Origin: Alphaproteobacteria bacterium
GTDB lineage: Bacteria; Pseudomonadota; Alphaproteobacteria; Bin95
Assembly (NCBI GenBank): GCA_965205265.1
Contig: CBDBGH010000003.1
Coordinates: 3,520,001 to 3,584,000, forward strand
Direction of reading: 5' to 3'
Length of the DNA stretch: 64,000 nucleotides
How positions within the stretch are numbered: the stretch's first letter is position 1; each line of letters starts with the position of its first letter. Positions 1-10,558 of this stretch are shown piece by piece. Position numbers and translations under genes: made by a program. The notes beneath the pieces were generated by a model that did no database searches, was not told the origin of the DNA, and saw only the letters and a program-made list of their open reading frames with translations.

Positions 1-1
1 G

Positions 2-136
2 AAGTTCACCGATCTCGACATCAAGCAAATCGGCGATCACGCCGTGATTAACGGCCCTGCCGATGCCTTCTCGATCGTGATCGAGGACTTCGATGCGTCA
101 CTGCTGACCGCGGCCGATTTCGATTTCGTCGCCTGA
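2..136 (+). CDS. C-terminal end of an RTX/T1SS-secreted-type protein (partial, runs off the left edge)
   Basis: Frame 2 reads KFTDLDIKQIGDHAVINGPADAFSIVIEDFDASLLTAADFDFVA*, which resembles the C-terminus of the next ORF (...SITLEGVAASDVTESDFDFLG). Confidence 0.65.
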   Translation, partial: KFTDLDIKQIGDHAVINGPADAFSIVIEDFDASLLTAADFDFVA

Positions 137-172
137 CCGGTTTCGCCAACGTTAACCAACGGGGAATGAACG

Positions 173-769
173 ATGACGGCTCATGAAATATGGAAATCTT
201 ACCAGGAAAAGGCGAAAGCGGCTTTTCTGGATTTGGTCCTGCCGTTCATGCCTGCTGAACCCGGCGGTCCGAGCTACTTCAACAGCGACATCTTGACCGA
301 CGGCAGGCTGGATGACTCGCTCAAGGGCGGCGACGGCGAAGACACGCTCAGGGGCGGGCGGGGCAATGACACGCTGCACGGCGGCAAGGGCGACGACGAT
401 CTGTACGGCGGCAAGGGCGACGACACGCTGGACGGCAACTGGGGCGACGATACGCTCACCGGCGGCAAGGGCAACGACACGCTCACCGGCAGCTGGGGCG
501 CGGACCGCTTCGTGTTTCGCGACGGCGACGGCCATGACACGATAACCGACTTCTGGCCAACGAAGGTCAAGGACCACAGCGGGAAATTCGTCGGGTGGGA
601 CCACAACAAGATCGTGATCAAGGGCGGCAAGGCGTTCAGCGATCTGACCATCATCGAGAACGCGGACGGCGACGCCGTGATCACGGGTTACGGCACGGAT
701 TCCAGCATCACGCTTGAGGGCGTTGCCGCGTCGGACGTGACGGAATCGGACTTCGACTTCCTGGGCTGA
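173..769 (+). CDS. RTX-type calcium-binding repeat protein
   Basis: Tandem GGxGxDxLx nonapeptides (GGDGEDTLR, GGRGNDTLH, GGKGDDDLY...), GADRFVF motif, DFDF C-terminus. Confidence 0.9.
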   Translation: MTAHEIWKSYQEKAKAAFLDLVLPFMPAEPGGPSYFNSDILTDGRLDDSLKGGDGEDTLRGGRGNDTLHGGKGDDDLYGGKGDDTLDGNWGDDTLTGGKGNDTLTGSWGADRFVFRDGDGHDTITDFWPTKVKDHSGKFVGWDHNKIVIKGGKAFSDLTIIENADGDAVITGYGTDSSITLEGVAASDVTESDFDFLG

Positions 770-892
770 AACCGGCGGGAGGCGCTGATGAAAACGGCCG
801 TCAAATTTCGGATCGATCGGGGTGCTGCCCCGGGCATGGCACGAAGCCGCAGGGGAGAATGGGCGGAAGGCCGGGCCGGGATCGTTGCCTGC

Positions 893-2965
893 GTGCCGAC
901 GTCGCGCTTCCGGGCCGTCATTGCGCTGTCGACGCTGCTGCTCGCTGCCTGCGCGGGAGGAGGATCAAATTCCTATCTGAGCACGCTTGAGAAGGGATCC
1001 GAAATATCGACTTCGCCTGCCCGGAGTATCGAAGACCCCGGAAACAGCAACTTCGTGGACGTTGCAGCCGGAACAGCGTCCGGCAAGCCGGGTCATGCTC
1101 GCCTTCCCGAACGGTCTCCGATACCGGACGCACATGGTCTCGACCGATACGGCATCTGGGGGTCGGCAGGGTGGCGCGAAGGACCCGATCCGGCTGCATC
1201 GTGGCCTGTCGAAGTCGCCCACCCGATCTCTCCTGCATATGGAGCCGGTGAGTCGATCTGGGACACGTCAGGGTTGATCGCGCTACCGGTCGAAGCTGCG
1301 GCCGCGCCGGTTGGCGAGCCGCCCGCAAGGGACGGCGACGCGCCGGGTGTCCATGCAGGCGCGGAGGTTGGCGATGCGGCCGGGTCGGCCTCGGGCGACA
1401 GTCGATACTTGCAGGAGAACAGCCGACGACTGAAGAACATCAGTGCTGCCGACCTGCGCACGAGCTGGAATGATACCGGCCCCGTGACCGCAACGCTTGG
1501 GCTTGCGCCGCCGACGAAGGCCCGGGCCGGGGCGTTGAAGAGCGCACTCGGGAAACTGAAGGCTCCGCATGTCAGTGCCACAGGATCGGCGGCGGCGCTG
1601 CCCAAAGTCCCCGACGGGTCCATCACCGTGCTCGGAGAGCGCGACGGCATCGCATACGGCGCCTGGAAGGGCGGTCCGGCCGGCACGATGCCCGTTACGT
1701 TCTACTTCGGTCCGCACGAGACGCCGTCGGCGACGGGGTTTGTCGACCGGAAGGGGGGCGTGTCCCGGGAGTTCATGGCCGTCCTGCGCCGCTCGACGAG
1801 AATCTGGACCAGGCGGCTGGTCAGCGATGGGAAACGCCGTGACGTCACGATCAAGGTCGTTGAAGGCAACAGGTACAAGGATATCGACACGATCAGGGAT
1901 GTCGAGGGCATTGTCGTTCAGGTTCGGGTCAACAATTTCGGCCGGGTGTCCGCGGGACCGATATCCTACGATTCGGGCACGGACGGAGACAAGTTCATGC
2001 CCTACTACGGCAACATGCGCATCTCCAGTCATGTGCACGACAATCTCCATGACGGCATGGCCCATTCGGTCGCCCACGAATTCGGCCATATTCTGGGGAT
2101 CGCCCCCTACGGCTTCACTCTGTATACGGGCACATACTACGATCCGAAGGCCCACACCTGGTCCGGTCCGAATGCGCTGCGCGCCAACGGCGGCAAGCCG
2201 GTTCCCCTGCAATGGGTCGATGGGAGGAAGTGGTGGGAGGTCGAGGAACCTCACGCCGAGGGTGCGAGGCGCGATACGGGGCATCTCGGCGTCTGCTCGT
2301 CGGTGATGGCCTATTGCGCCGACACCTATGCCGGCGGTGCTCCGTCGGAGCTGGACTTCGCCATCCTGGCCGACCTCGGATTCAATGTCCTCGATGCGAA
2401 GGTCGCAGCCGAGACCGAACGCTACGGCCATGCGGCGTGGGGCGCCTGGGCGGCATGGGGCGTCAGCGTCGAACGCGACCTGCGCGACAATTTTCACGAG
2501 GCGCACAATGACTGGACCCCGACTCCCCACGACTTCCTCCAGGTCCACGCGGACGCCTTCGGCACGGCGCCCACGACGGCCCTTTCCGACAATGCCGCGC
2601 TTCGGGGCAGGGCCGTGTGGAACGGGCGGCTGCTTGGCGTCGATCTCGGCAGCGGGCGTCTTCCCCCGGTGGTCGGCGATGCGAAACTGCGGGTGAATCT
2701 TGACAGGCTCGACGGCGAACTCCGTCTGCGGAACCTCACCGTGCATCTCGGCGGCGGGGATCAACCGGTCCGCACCCGGCCCTTCCGCCAGGCCGCCCTG
2801 CGCTACGATGTCGATATCGCCGGAAACGGCTTCGCCAGCGCCGGGAACAGGGTTCAGGGGAACTTCCACGGACCGGCGCATCAGGAGATGGCGGGCGTGA
2901 TCAAGGATGTCCGGCCCGAGGTCCAGCTGCTCGGCGGTTTCGGAGGCGTCCGGGCTGCCGACTGA
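893..2965 (+). CDS. Predicted surface lipoprotein: zinc metalloprotease (leishmanolysin/M8-like) with C-terminal TbpB-like beta-barrel
   Basis: Lipobox LLLAAC after an in-frame GTG at 893 (ORF open from 788); HEFGHILG, distal GH and SVM Met-turn; C-terminal GNFHGPAHQEMAG...GGFGGVR. Confidence 0.65.
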   Translation: MPTSRFRAVIALSTLLLAACAGGGSNSYLSTLEKGSEISTSPARSIEDPGNSNFVDVAAGTASGKPGHARLPERSPIPDAHGLDRYGIWGSAGWREGPDPAASWPVEVAHPISPAYGAGESIWDTSGLIALPVEAAAAPVGEPPARDGDAPGVHAGAEVGDAAGSASGDSRYLQENSRRLKNISAADLRTSWNDTGPVTATLGLAPPTKARAGALKSALGKLKAPHVSATGSAAALPKVPDGSITVLGERDGIAYGAWKGGPAGTMPVTFYFGPHETPSATGFVDRKGGVSREFMAVLRRSTRIWTRRLVSDGKRRDVTIKVVEGNRYKDIDTIRDVEGIVVQVRVNNFGRVSAGPISYDSGTDGDKFMPYYGNMRISSHVHDNLHDGMAHSVAHEFGHILGIAPYGFTLYTGTYYDPKAHTWSGPNALRANGGKPVPLQWVDGRKWWEVEEPHAEGARRDTGHLGVCSSVMAYCADTYAGGAPSELDFAILADLGFNVLDAKVAAETERYGHAAWGAWAAWGVSVERDLRDNFHEAHNDWTPTPHDFLQVHADAFGTAPTTALSDNAALRGRAVWNGRLLGVDLGSGRLPPVVGDAKLRVNLDRLDGELRLRNLTVHLGGGDQPVRTRPFRQAALRYDVDIAGNGFASAGNRVQGNFHGPAHQEMAGVIKDVRPEVQLLGGFGGVRAAD

Positions 2966-3014
2966 GCCCCGGCGGCCGGTCAGTTTCGCCTGAAGGTCCG
3001 TAAGCGCCGCGCCG

Positions 3015-4012
3015 TTACCCTTGTTGACGGGTGACGCTCGGGATTGTCGGGGTGAAGTTCCAGAGCATCAGGTCGTCGATGCGTGACATGGGGTGCATGT
3101 CGACGATCCGGTGCAGGGTGTCGGCGAGATACGCCTGCGGATTGACGTCGTTGAGCTTGCAGGTGCCGATGAGGCTGGCGCACCGCGCCCAGGTCCTGGC
3201 GCCGTCGTCGCTGCCGGCGAAGAGCGCGTTTTTCTTTGTGAGTTTCACCGGACGGATGAGGTTCTCGACAGCGTTGGTGTCCATCTCGATCCGCCCGTCA
3301 CGGAGGAACCGGCACAGGCCGTCCCAGCGCTTGAGCGCATATCGGATGTGCTTGGCCAGCTCGGAGGCACTCGACAGGCGCTCGAGCTGGGCCTCGAGCC
3401 AGGGCCGCAGGGCGTCCACGATTGGCGCCGAGAGTTCCTGCCGCACCTTCAGCCGGTGCTCCGGCGGATGGCCGCGCACCGTGGCCTCGATCCGGTACAG
3501 CGCCCCGATCCGTTCGAGGATCTCCTCGCACACGGGCGAGGCCGTGGCGCGCTGGAAGTCGACGAAGCGTCTTCGCCAGTGGGTCCAACAGTAAGCAAGC
3601 ACCCATGGGCTGGCCGTCTGCTTCGGATCGCCGAGCGCGTCGTACACCCTGTAGCCATCGACATGGAGCGGTCCGCCGCCGGTGTAGCCCTGCATCAACT
3701 CCAGAGCGACCTTCGCACTTCGATGGCGCGAGTGGTGGAACACCACGATCGGCGGGTCGGCCCCGCCATAGCCGCGCTGATCGCGGGCGATCGCCCACAG
3801 ATAGTCGAGGCGCGTCTTGCCGGTTCCCGGCGCCATCACCGGCACCGTGGTCTCGTCCATGAACAGACAGTCCGACGCCTTGAGGTGCTCGATCATCCGG
3901 TCGATCACCGGAGCCAGCACCTGCATCCCGCGCCCCGCCCAGTTCCCCAGCATGGTGCGGTCGAGGTCGATTCCCTCGCGCCGATAAGCCTCGGCCTGAC
4001 GGTAGAACGGTT
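3015..4012 (-). pseudogene. IS66 TnpC transposase, C-terminal part (3' exon)
   Basis: FMDETT, HVDGY, CWTHWRRRF, MDTNAVENLIRPVKLTKKNALFAG motifs. Confidence 0.9.
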
Positions 4013-4177
4013 AGCGAGTCGCGCGGGGGAATCTCACCCCCACGCGCTCCCAGAACCGTACGTGAACCTCTCAGTGCGGATTTCAGTGATTCCGGCCGGG
4101 TATTTCACTAAGTCCCGGCCGCGGATTTCATTAAGTCGCGGCCGGCCTTGAGCGTGGCTCCGGGCGCCTGGTTTTGG

Positions 4178-4954
4178 TCAGCCGGGATTGTCTTCCGCGG
4201 CGGCGGCCGGGGTCAAGTCGGGCCTGGCGTTTTTCCTTCGCATGCTTTCGCCTTTCAGGTCGATGCGGTGGGCGTTGTGGACGATCCGGTCGAGGATGGC
4301 GTCAGCGACGGTGGCTTCGCCGATGAGGTCGTGCCATTTGGCGACGGGGAGCTGTGCGGTGATGAGGGTGGACCGCCGACGGTATCGTTCTTCGCAGATT
4401 TCGAGGAGATCGAGCCTCTGGCGGTCGGCGAGGCCGTGTGTACCCCAGTCGTCGAGGATGAGGAGCTGGACCCTTGCGAGCTTGTCGATGAGCCTGGGGA
4501 GCCTTCCGTCGAGGCGGGCCATGGCGAGGTCCTCGAAGAGACGGGGCATGCGGACATAGAGGACAGAGCGGTCGAGCCTTGCGGCCTGATGTCCGAAGGC
4601 GCATGCGAGCCAGGTCTTTCCGGTACCGGTCTGGCCGACCAGGATCAGATTGTCGTGGGTCTTGAGCCATTCGCCCTGGGCGAGGGAGAGGATATTGCGG
4701 CGATCGAGGCCGCGGGCGGGATCGAAGTCGATATCCTCGATGCAGGCCTCGGGGAAGCGCAGCCTGGCCAGCCGGAGGCGGTTGGTGAGCCGCCTGTCGG
4801 CGCGTGTTGCGGCTTCGCGGTCGAGCATGAGGGCGAGCCATTCCTCGCGGTCGAGTTCGGATGCCTGGCCCTTTTCGGCCATGTCGCGCCAGGCTTCGGC
4901 CATACCCTTGAGGCCAAGGGCGTGCATCTGGTCGAGGGTCGGATGTGTCAGCAT
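4178..4954 (-). CDS. istB: IS21 helper ATPase IstB
   Basis: Walker A GQTGTGKT, Walker [32 protein letters not shown]. Confidence 0.95.
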   Translation of the reverse strand: MLTHPTLDQMHALGLKGMAEAWRDMAEKGQASELDREEWLALMLDREAATRADRRLTNRLRLARLRFPEACIEDIDFDPARGLDRRNILSLAQGEWLKTHDNLILVGQTGTGKTWLACAFGHQAARLDRSVLYVRMPRLFEDLAMARLDGRLPRLIDKLARVQLLILDDWGTHGLADRQRLDLLEICEERYRRRSTLITAQLPVAKWHDLIGEATVADAILDRIVHNAHRIDLKGESMRRKNARPDLTPAAAAEDNPG

Positions 4955-4968
4955 GGGAAGTCCTTCGT

Positions 4969-6522
4969 TCATCGGTAGTAGGCGGGGCCGCGGATGTTGT
5001 CGTGCGCCGGCAGGGGCAGGAGGGGCTCACGCTCGGGCGCGGCGCGGTCGAGGCCGGACCGGAGGATGGCGGTGAGCGAGGAGTAGCTGAGCGCATTGAT
5101 GGTGAGCGCGCGCTCGCAGGCGGCCTCGACCCTTTCGGCCTCGTATCGCCGGGAGAGCGATATGACGCCCATGGCGCTTCGATAGCCCTGCTCGGGATGC
5201 GGCCTGTCGCGCATCATGCGCTCGACCAGCACGGCCGTGTTGGGGCCGATGCGTCTTGCCCTGCCGATCAGGCTTGCCGGGGTGCGATCGGCATAGCGGC
5301 GATGCGCGCTGGGCATATGAGCGGCAACGGTGACATGCCCGCCATAGGGAGACCGGCGTGCATGGGCGGCGACGCGCCTGTGGCTATGGAAGACCTCGAC
5401 CGTGCGCCGGGTGAGGCGGATCCGAACCGTGCGCCCGATCAGGCTGTGAGGGACCGAGTAGAAGGTGCGCTCGACATCGACATGGTAGTCGGGGTGGACC
5501 TTCGCGGTCTTCCACTCGGCGTATTCGAAGGGGGTCTTCGGCAGCGGCGCCAGCGCGGCGCGCTCGATGGCCTCGAACATCTGGCGCCGGCTCTGGCCGA
5601 GATGGCGCATGGGCCGGTCGTTGAGTTCGTCCAGGAGGACGCGGATCGCCGCGTTGAGCTGCCCGAGGGAGAAGAAGCGCCGGTTCCTGAGGCGGGCCAG
5701 GATCCAGCGCTCGACCACTTGCACGCCAACCTCGACCTTCGCCTTGTCCCGGGGTTTTCGGGGCCGCGTCGGCAGGACGGTGGTGTCGTAGTGCTCCGCC
5801 AGCGCCGCGAAGGTCGCGTTCAGCGTCGGCTCGAACCAGAGCGGCTTCGCCACCCCCGCCTTCAGGTTGTCGCAGACAATGCTTTTCGGCACGCCCCCAA
5901 AGAAGGCCAGCGCTTCGCATTGCCCAGCGATCCAGTCCGGCAGGCGCTGCGTCAGGCTCGCGGTCGCGAAGGTGTAGGACGAGGCGCCGAGCACCGCGAC
6001 GAAGATCTGCGCCTCGTGGATCTCGCCGGTCTCGGGATCGACGATCTCGACCGTCTGGCCGGCATAGTCGGTCTGCATCACCGCGCCGGCCTCGTGCCGG
6101 TTGCGCCAGCTCGCATGCGTGCGGCGCTCGAAGGCCCTGAAGGCGTCGCAGAACCAGGTATAGCCGTAGCCGTCCGGATGCGCGGCCCGGTATTCCTGCC
6201 ACAGCAGGCTCAGCGTCACGCCCTTGCGCTTCAGCTCGGCCGCCACCGTCGGCCAGTGCGGCTGGCGCGTATCCCGCGGCGGGCGGCCCATGCGCCGGAA
6301 CAGCAACTGTTCCAGCACCGCGTCGTCCTCGTAGACCGCCGGCAGCGGCCAGCTCGACAGGCCCGCCTCCCGGGCCCGAAGAAGATAGGTCGACACCGTC
6401 GCCCTGGAGAGCTTCAGCCGCCCCGCGACCTCGCGCTCCGACAGACCCTGCCCATGGCTCAGCCGCAGGATCGCCCTGACGTCCTTCACTGTCGTTCGTC
6501 TCGTCTGCTTCCGTCCCGGCAT
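4969..6522 (-). CDS. istA: IS21 transposase IstA
   Basis: N-terminal [31 protein letters not shown] motifs. Confidence 0.95.
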   Translation of the reverse strand: MPGRKQTRRTTVKDVRAILRLSHGQGLSEREVAGRLKLSRATVSTYLLRAREAGLSSWPLPAVYEDDAVLEQLLFRRMGRPPRDTRQPHWPTVAAELKRKGVTLSLLWQEYRAAHPDGYGYTWFCDAFRAFERRTHASWRNRHEAGAVMQTDYAGQTVEIVDPETGEIHEAQIFVAVLGASSYTFATASLTQRLPDWIAGQCEALAFFGGVPKSIVCDNLKAGVAKPLWFEPTLNATFAALAEHYDTTVLPTRPRKPRDKAKVEVGVQVVERWILARLRNRRFFSLGQLNAAIRVLLDELNDRPMRHLGQSRRQMFEAIERAALAPLPKTPFEYAEWKTAKVHPDYHVDVERTFYSVPHSLIGRTVRIRLTRRTVEVFHSHRRVAAHARRSPYGGHVTVAAHMPSAHRRYADRTPASLIGRARRIGPNTAVLVERMMRDRPHPEQGYRSAMGVISLSRRYEAERVEAACERALTINALSYSSLTAILRSGLDRAAPEREPLLPLPAHDNIRGPAYYR

Positions 6523-6705
6523 GCCACCCCCCGGCAAAATGCCAGGGGGTAGACGCCGAGTCGGCGCACCCGAAAGCCGAACTCAAATCGCCCCGGTCAT
6601 GCCGGCCGGGACTTTCCGTAATCACCGGCCGGGACTTACTGAAATCGCCGGCCGGGACTTTCCGTAATCACCGGCCGGGACTTACTGAAACGCGCACCTC
6701 TCAGC

Positions 6706-7965
6706 TCATACGGCTCCCAGCGTCCGGCCCTGCCCGTGCAAAAGGGTCCAATGGGCGAACCGCCACGGCTCCGCTTTCGCGATTCTGGCAAGCCAGAGAC
6801 GAGCCTGACGCGGTCGTTGTCGGAAGCGTTTGAACTTCCGCATTGCCCATCGCTGCAAGTGGGCGTCTATCAGACGAAGGGTCGGATAGAGCGCCGACTT
6901 GTAGAATGCGCCGAAGTAGCCGATCCACCCTGCAATTTCGCGATGAAACATGCGGGCAAGGTCAAGCAGCGCCTTGTCGCTACGCCGTTGCAAACGCCAC
7001 TGTCGCACGCGGCGCCGAAACGCCTTGAGCGCAGTCGGGCTGGCAGCCGGAAGGAACGAGACCCCGAACAACCCGCCGCGCCACGCCGCGAACCTTGGCT
7101 GGAAACGGTAGCCCAGGAAGTCGAACGCGACCGTCGGGTAGTCCGCCTTGCGGTTGGTATCCTTGCAGTAGACCACCTTGGTCTTCTGCGGATGGACCTC
7201 CAGGCCGCACTCGGCCAATCGGTCCGCAACCCGCCGCCAGAGGGTCTTTGCCGCCTCCTCCGTTCGACAATGGCAGATTATATCGTCCGCATACCGTTCG
7301 AACGGAACATGCGGCATCGACCTTTTCATCCATTGATCGAACGCATAGTGCAGGAACAGGTTGGACAATACTGGCGAAATTACCCCGCCCTGTGGCGTGC
7401 CCCTGTCCCGTGCGACAACGGTGCCGTCCTCCTCGATCACGGGAGCCTTCAACCAGCGCTCGACATAGAGCAGCACCCACCGGCAGTCCGTATGGTGACG
7501 AACGGCCTTCAGCAGCAACTCGTGGTCGATGTTGTCGAAGAACCCCTTGATGTCCATGTCCAGCACCCAGTCGTAGCGCCAGCATCGCCGACGCGCTGTC
7601 CGGATGGCGTCAATGGCGGATCGCTTCGGCCGATATCCGTATGAGTCCTCATGGAAAATCGGTTCCAACAAGGGCTCCAGATGTCGGCGAACAACCTCCT
7701 GAGCGATGCGGTCCGTGACCGTCGGTATGCCCAACGGGCGCTTCCCGCCGCCCTCCTTGGGGATGTTCACCCTGCGAACCGGAGGCGGCATATAGCTGCC
7801 TGAGGACATGCGATTCCAGAGCTTGTAGAGTTCCGGACCAAGCCGTTCCTCCAGACTCTCGACCGTCTGCCCATCTACTCCAGCCGCTCCCCGGTTTGCC
7901 TTCACATGCTTGAAGGCTTCCCAGACTTCCCTCTTTGCTATCGGGAACGGCTTTGCCCCTGTCAT
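6706..7965 (-). CDS. ltrA: Group II intron reverse transcriptase/maturase (no endonuclease domain)
   Basis: AGVDG, RPLGIPTVTDRIAQ, GTPQGGVISP, RYADD, FDFLG; AGGAGG RBS before ATG at 7965; 419 aa. Confidence 0.95.
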   Translation of the reverse strand: MTGAKPFPIAKREVWEAFKHVKANRGAAGVDGQTVESLEERLGPELYKLWNRMSSGSYMPPPVRRVNIPKEGGGKRPLGIPTVTDRIAQEVVRRHLEPLLEPIFHEDSYGYRPKRSAIDAIRTARRRCWRYDWVLDMDIKGFFDNIDHELLLKAVRHHTDCRWVLLYVERWLKAPVIEEDGTVVARDRGTPQGGVISPVLSNLFLHYAFDQWMKRSMPHVPFERYADDIICHCRTEEAAKTLWRRVADRLAECGLEVHPQKTKVVYCKDTNRKADYPTVAFDFLGYRFQPRFAAWRGGLFGVSFLPAASPTALKAFRRRVRQWRLQRRSDKALLDLARMFHREIAGWIGYFGAFYKSALYPTLRLIDAHLQRWAMRKFKRFRQRPRQARLWLARIAKAEPWRFAHWTLLHGQGRTLGAV

Positions 7966-8503
7966 CCGGCTCCTCCTGTCACCAGTTGGCCGACGGCAGC
8001 GGCTGAACACCACAGCCCCTTCGGTCCAGCGCCATTACAGCGCCTTCATCCCTACTACGGGCTGTTCTGCCCCTGTGCCCCGCATCGGTACTCTGAGCCT
8101 TCCGGGGGCTGCCCGGTTGGCCGTCTCCCTTGGCATCGGGACGACAGGTTCTCCTGTTCCGCAAGAAAGCCTGTTCCGGGTTCACGCCGCCTTCGAGCCG
8201 GATGCCGCGTGGGCCGGACTCCAGGACTCCGCCCATGCTTATCCCGGAGTGACCACCACCCCCGGTTCTGACATCGACCATACGCTTTCGGCAGTTCATC
8301 GGCGGTTCGCTTTCGCTCGTCTCCCCGGACCTCACCTGACGAGATCGTCGTCCCGCCGTTTCCACGACGCTCACCACCATCGCTCTTTACGACAGCAGCT
8401 CGTGGTGGTTTGAGACCGACGCCTGATCGTCGACCCCGAGGGGCCTACCCTCATCTCTCTTGCAGTTGCGCACCTCCTTTCATGGCGGTGCTTCAGGACA
8501 CAC

Positions 8504-8775
8504 GGTGATCGGCGAACTTCGCGACCAGCGTGTGCGCCACCAGCGCCTCGCTCGGCAGGCCGCGCGGCACCAGATATTCCGGCGCCGGCGCCTGGGCGCT
8601 CTGCTTACCCTGGCAGGCGCGGCAGATGTACTTCGGCCGAATCGTGACCAGCACCCTCAGCTTGGCCGGCACGACGTCGAGACGCTCGGTGCGATCCTCG
8701 CCGATCTTCGTCATCGCGCCGCAGCCGCAGGGGCACTCCGTGCTCTCCGGCTCGATCACCTTCTCGGAGCGCTCG
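8504..8775 (-). pseudogene. IS66 TnpC zinc-finger fragment (5' exon)
   Basis: CPCGCG...RPKYICRAC...AKFADH, paralogous to TnpC at 10559. Confidence 0.85.
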
Positions 8776-9763
8776 CTTCTCAATCATCGTGAGGGGCTGT
8801 GCGTCTTCGTCGATCACCCGCAAGTGCCTCTCACGAACAATCTTGTCGAGAGAATCCTGCGCGCTCCGGCAATCGGGCGAGGCCTCAGCTTCGGTTCCGA
8901 CAGCGTGAAGGGCGCGGAGTTCACAGCGATCATGTACTCCGTCGTCGGTACACTCTCGATGAACGGCATCGATGTGCTGCGCTGGCTGGAGGCTTGGCTG
9001 ACAGCGTGCGCGGAGAACGGCGCCATCCCGCCGGACGACCTCCCGCCCTGGCTACCGTGGTCGATGAGCGAGGAGCGCAGGCGCAAGTTCACGGCGCCGG
9101 GATGACCGGCGCGATCGAGTGCCGCGACGACGGGCGCGACTTCACCGTTGAAGAGATGGCGCTGCTGCGCGCCCTGATCGCAGCCGATCCGCAGCCCACC
9201 CGCGCCGCCCTGTCGAGGGAGTTCTGCCGGCGCATCGGCTGGCTCAAGCCCGACGGCGGCCTCAAGGACATGATGGCCAAGGTGACCATGCTCGTCATGC
9301 ACCGCGACGGCGTGATCGAACTGCCGCCGCCAAGGGGCAAGCAGGGCCGACCCAGGCCCATCGTCTTCGGACCCGATACCGAGCCGCCGCTGTTCCCTGC
9401 CCCGAAGACCCTCGACGAGGTGCGCCCGCTCGACATGCGCATCGTCGTGCGCAACATCCGCGAAGGAAAACTCTGGAACGAGTTCGTCGCCCGCGACCAC
9501 GATCTCGGCTACAAGCCCCTGGTCGGCGCCCAGATGCGCTACGCCGTCCATGACCGAAACGGCTCGCCGCTCGCCATGCTCGGCTTCTCCACCGCCGCAT
9601 GGAAACTCGCCCCGCGCGACAACTTCATCGGATGGACGCCCGAGACGCGCGAGAAGAACCTGCCGATGGTGGTCGACAGTAAGCGATGCGGCAGGGGCAC
9701 CTTCCGCTCGGTCTCGGGATTTGAGACTCCGCTACGTTCGGGAGGACGTAGAGGAGTTTCTCC

Positions 9764-10153
9764 ATGGAGCGCACTGCGGAGTTTCTCAGCCCGGTCGAGG
9801 TGATCGGTGGAGTGAAGGGTCGCCGTCGCTGGCCGGAAGAGTTGAAGGCGCGGATTGTAGCGGAGACGCTTGAGCCTGGCGCGAGGGTGGCCTCGGTAGC
9901 ACGGCGTTACGATCTTCGCCCAAGCCATCTGTCGGACTGGCGTCGCAAGGCGCGGGAGGGTCGCCTGGTTTTGCCTGCAGCGGACGAGGCAGTGGAGTTT
10001 GCGCCGCTGGTGGTCCGGGCTGAAGGGCACGGCGCCGAGGCGAACGGTGGGTGTCTGGAAGTGGTTCTGGACCGGGTTACGGTCCGTCTGGATGCGGCGG
10101 TGCCGGCGGGCCGGCTGGCGGAGATCGTGTCTGCGCTGAATGCGCTGTCATGA
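9764..10153 (+). CDS. tnpA: IS66 TnpA (HTH) protein
   Basis: RRRWPEELKARIVAETLEPGARVASVARRY. Confidence 0.9.
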   Translation: MERTAEFLSPVEVIGGVKGRRRWPEELKARIVAETLEPGARVASVARRYDLRPSHLSDWRRKAREGRLVLPAADEAVEFAPLVVRAEGHGAEANGGCLEVVLDRVTVRLDAAVPAGRLAEIVSALNALS

Positions 10154-10503
10154 TCTTCCCGTCGAACCGGGTGCGGATCGTTGTCGCAACGAAGCCCGTC
10201 GACTTCCGCCGCCAGCACGACGGCCTTGTCGCGCATGTGAAGGGCGCGCTGCGGCGGGACCCGTTCACCGGCACGGTATACGTCTTTCGATCGAGGCGAG
10301 CTGACAGGCTGAAGCTGGTCTTCTGGGACGGGACCGGGCTGGTGCTGATCTACAAGCGTCTGGAGGACCAGGGCTTTGTATGGCCGGCGATCCGCGACGG
10401 GGTGATGTCGCTGAGCCATGCGCAGTTCGAGGCCTTGTTCGCGGGCCTGGACTGGCGTCGCGTGCGGGCGCTGTCGGCGCGGCGCCCGGCTGAGGCGGAG
10501 TGA
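10150..10503 (+). CDS. tnpB: IS66 accessory protein TnpB
   Basis: KPVDFRR, YVFRSRRADRLKLVFWDGTG. Confidence 0.92.
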   Translation: MIFPSNRVRIVVATKPVDFRRQHDGLVAHVKGALRRDPFTGTVYVFRSRRADRLKLVFWDGTGLVLIYKRLEDQGFVWPAIRDGVMSLSHAQFEALFAGLDWRRVRALSARRPAEAE

Positions 10504-10558
10504 CTCAGCCGGTGGATCGGGGCGTCCGGCTCCGCGACACTGTGCTACCAAGCGAGCC

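Larger units (their letters stand above)
4075..6696 (-). mobile_element. IS21-family insertion sequence, apparently complete
   Basis: TG...CA ends with repeated subterminal motifs; 8-bp TSD CCTCTCAG at 4067-4074 and 6697-6704; istA + istB. Confidence 0.95.
4013..8503 (-). mobile_element. Group II intron (RmInt1-like, class D), disrupted by IS21 in domain V
   Basis: 5' end GTGTG at 8503; DV/DVI GAGCCGTATGAGCTGAGAGGTTCACGTACGGTTC...GACTCGCT ending at 4013; removal restores the IS66 frame. Confidence 0.9.
3000..8775 (-). mobile_element. Truncated IS66-family element (IS66-a) interrupted by a group II intron
   Basis: End GTAAGCGCC at 3000; TnpC halves at 3015-4012 and 8504-~8775 rejoin in frame as AKFADH-Q-PFYRQ; 5' part missing. 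Confidence 0.85.

Noticed and set aside
6600-6696. Tandem ~22-23-bp repeats (CCGGCCGGGACTT...) resembling a mini CRISPR array
   Set aside because: No unique spacers or cas genes; these are IS21 subterminal repeats mirrored at 4075-4147.
6706-7965. RT as a retron, DGR or defence RT
   Set aside because: Maturase domain, intron 5' end and DV/DVI are present, so it is a group II intron protein.
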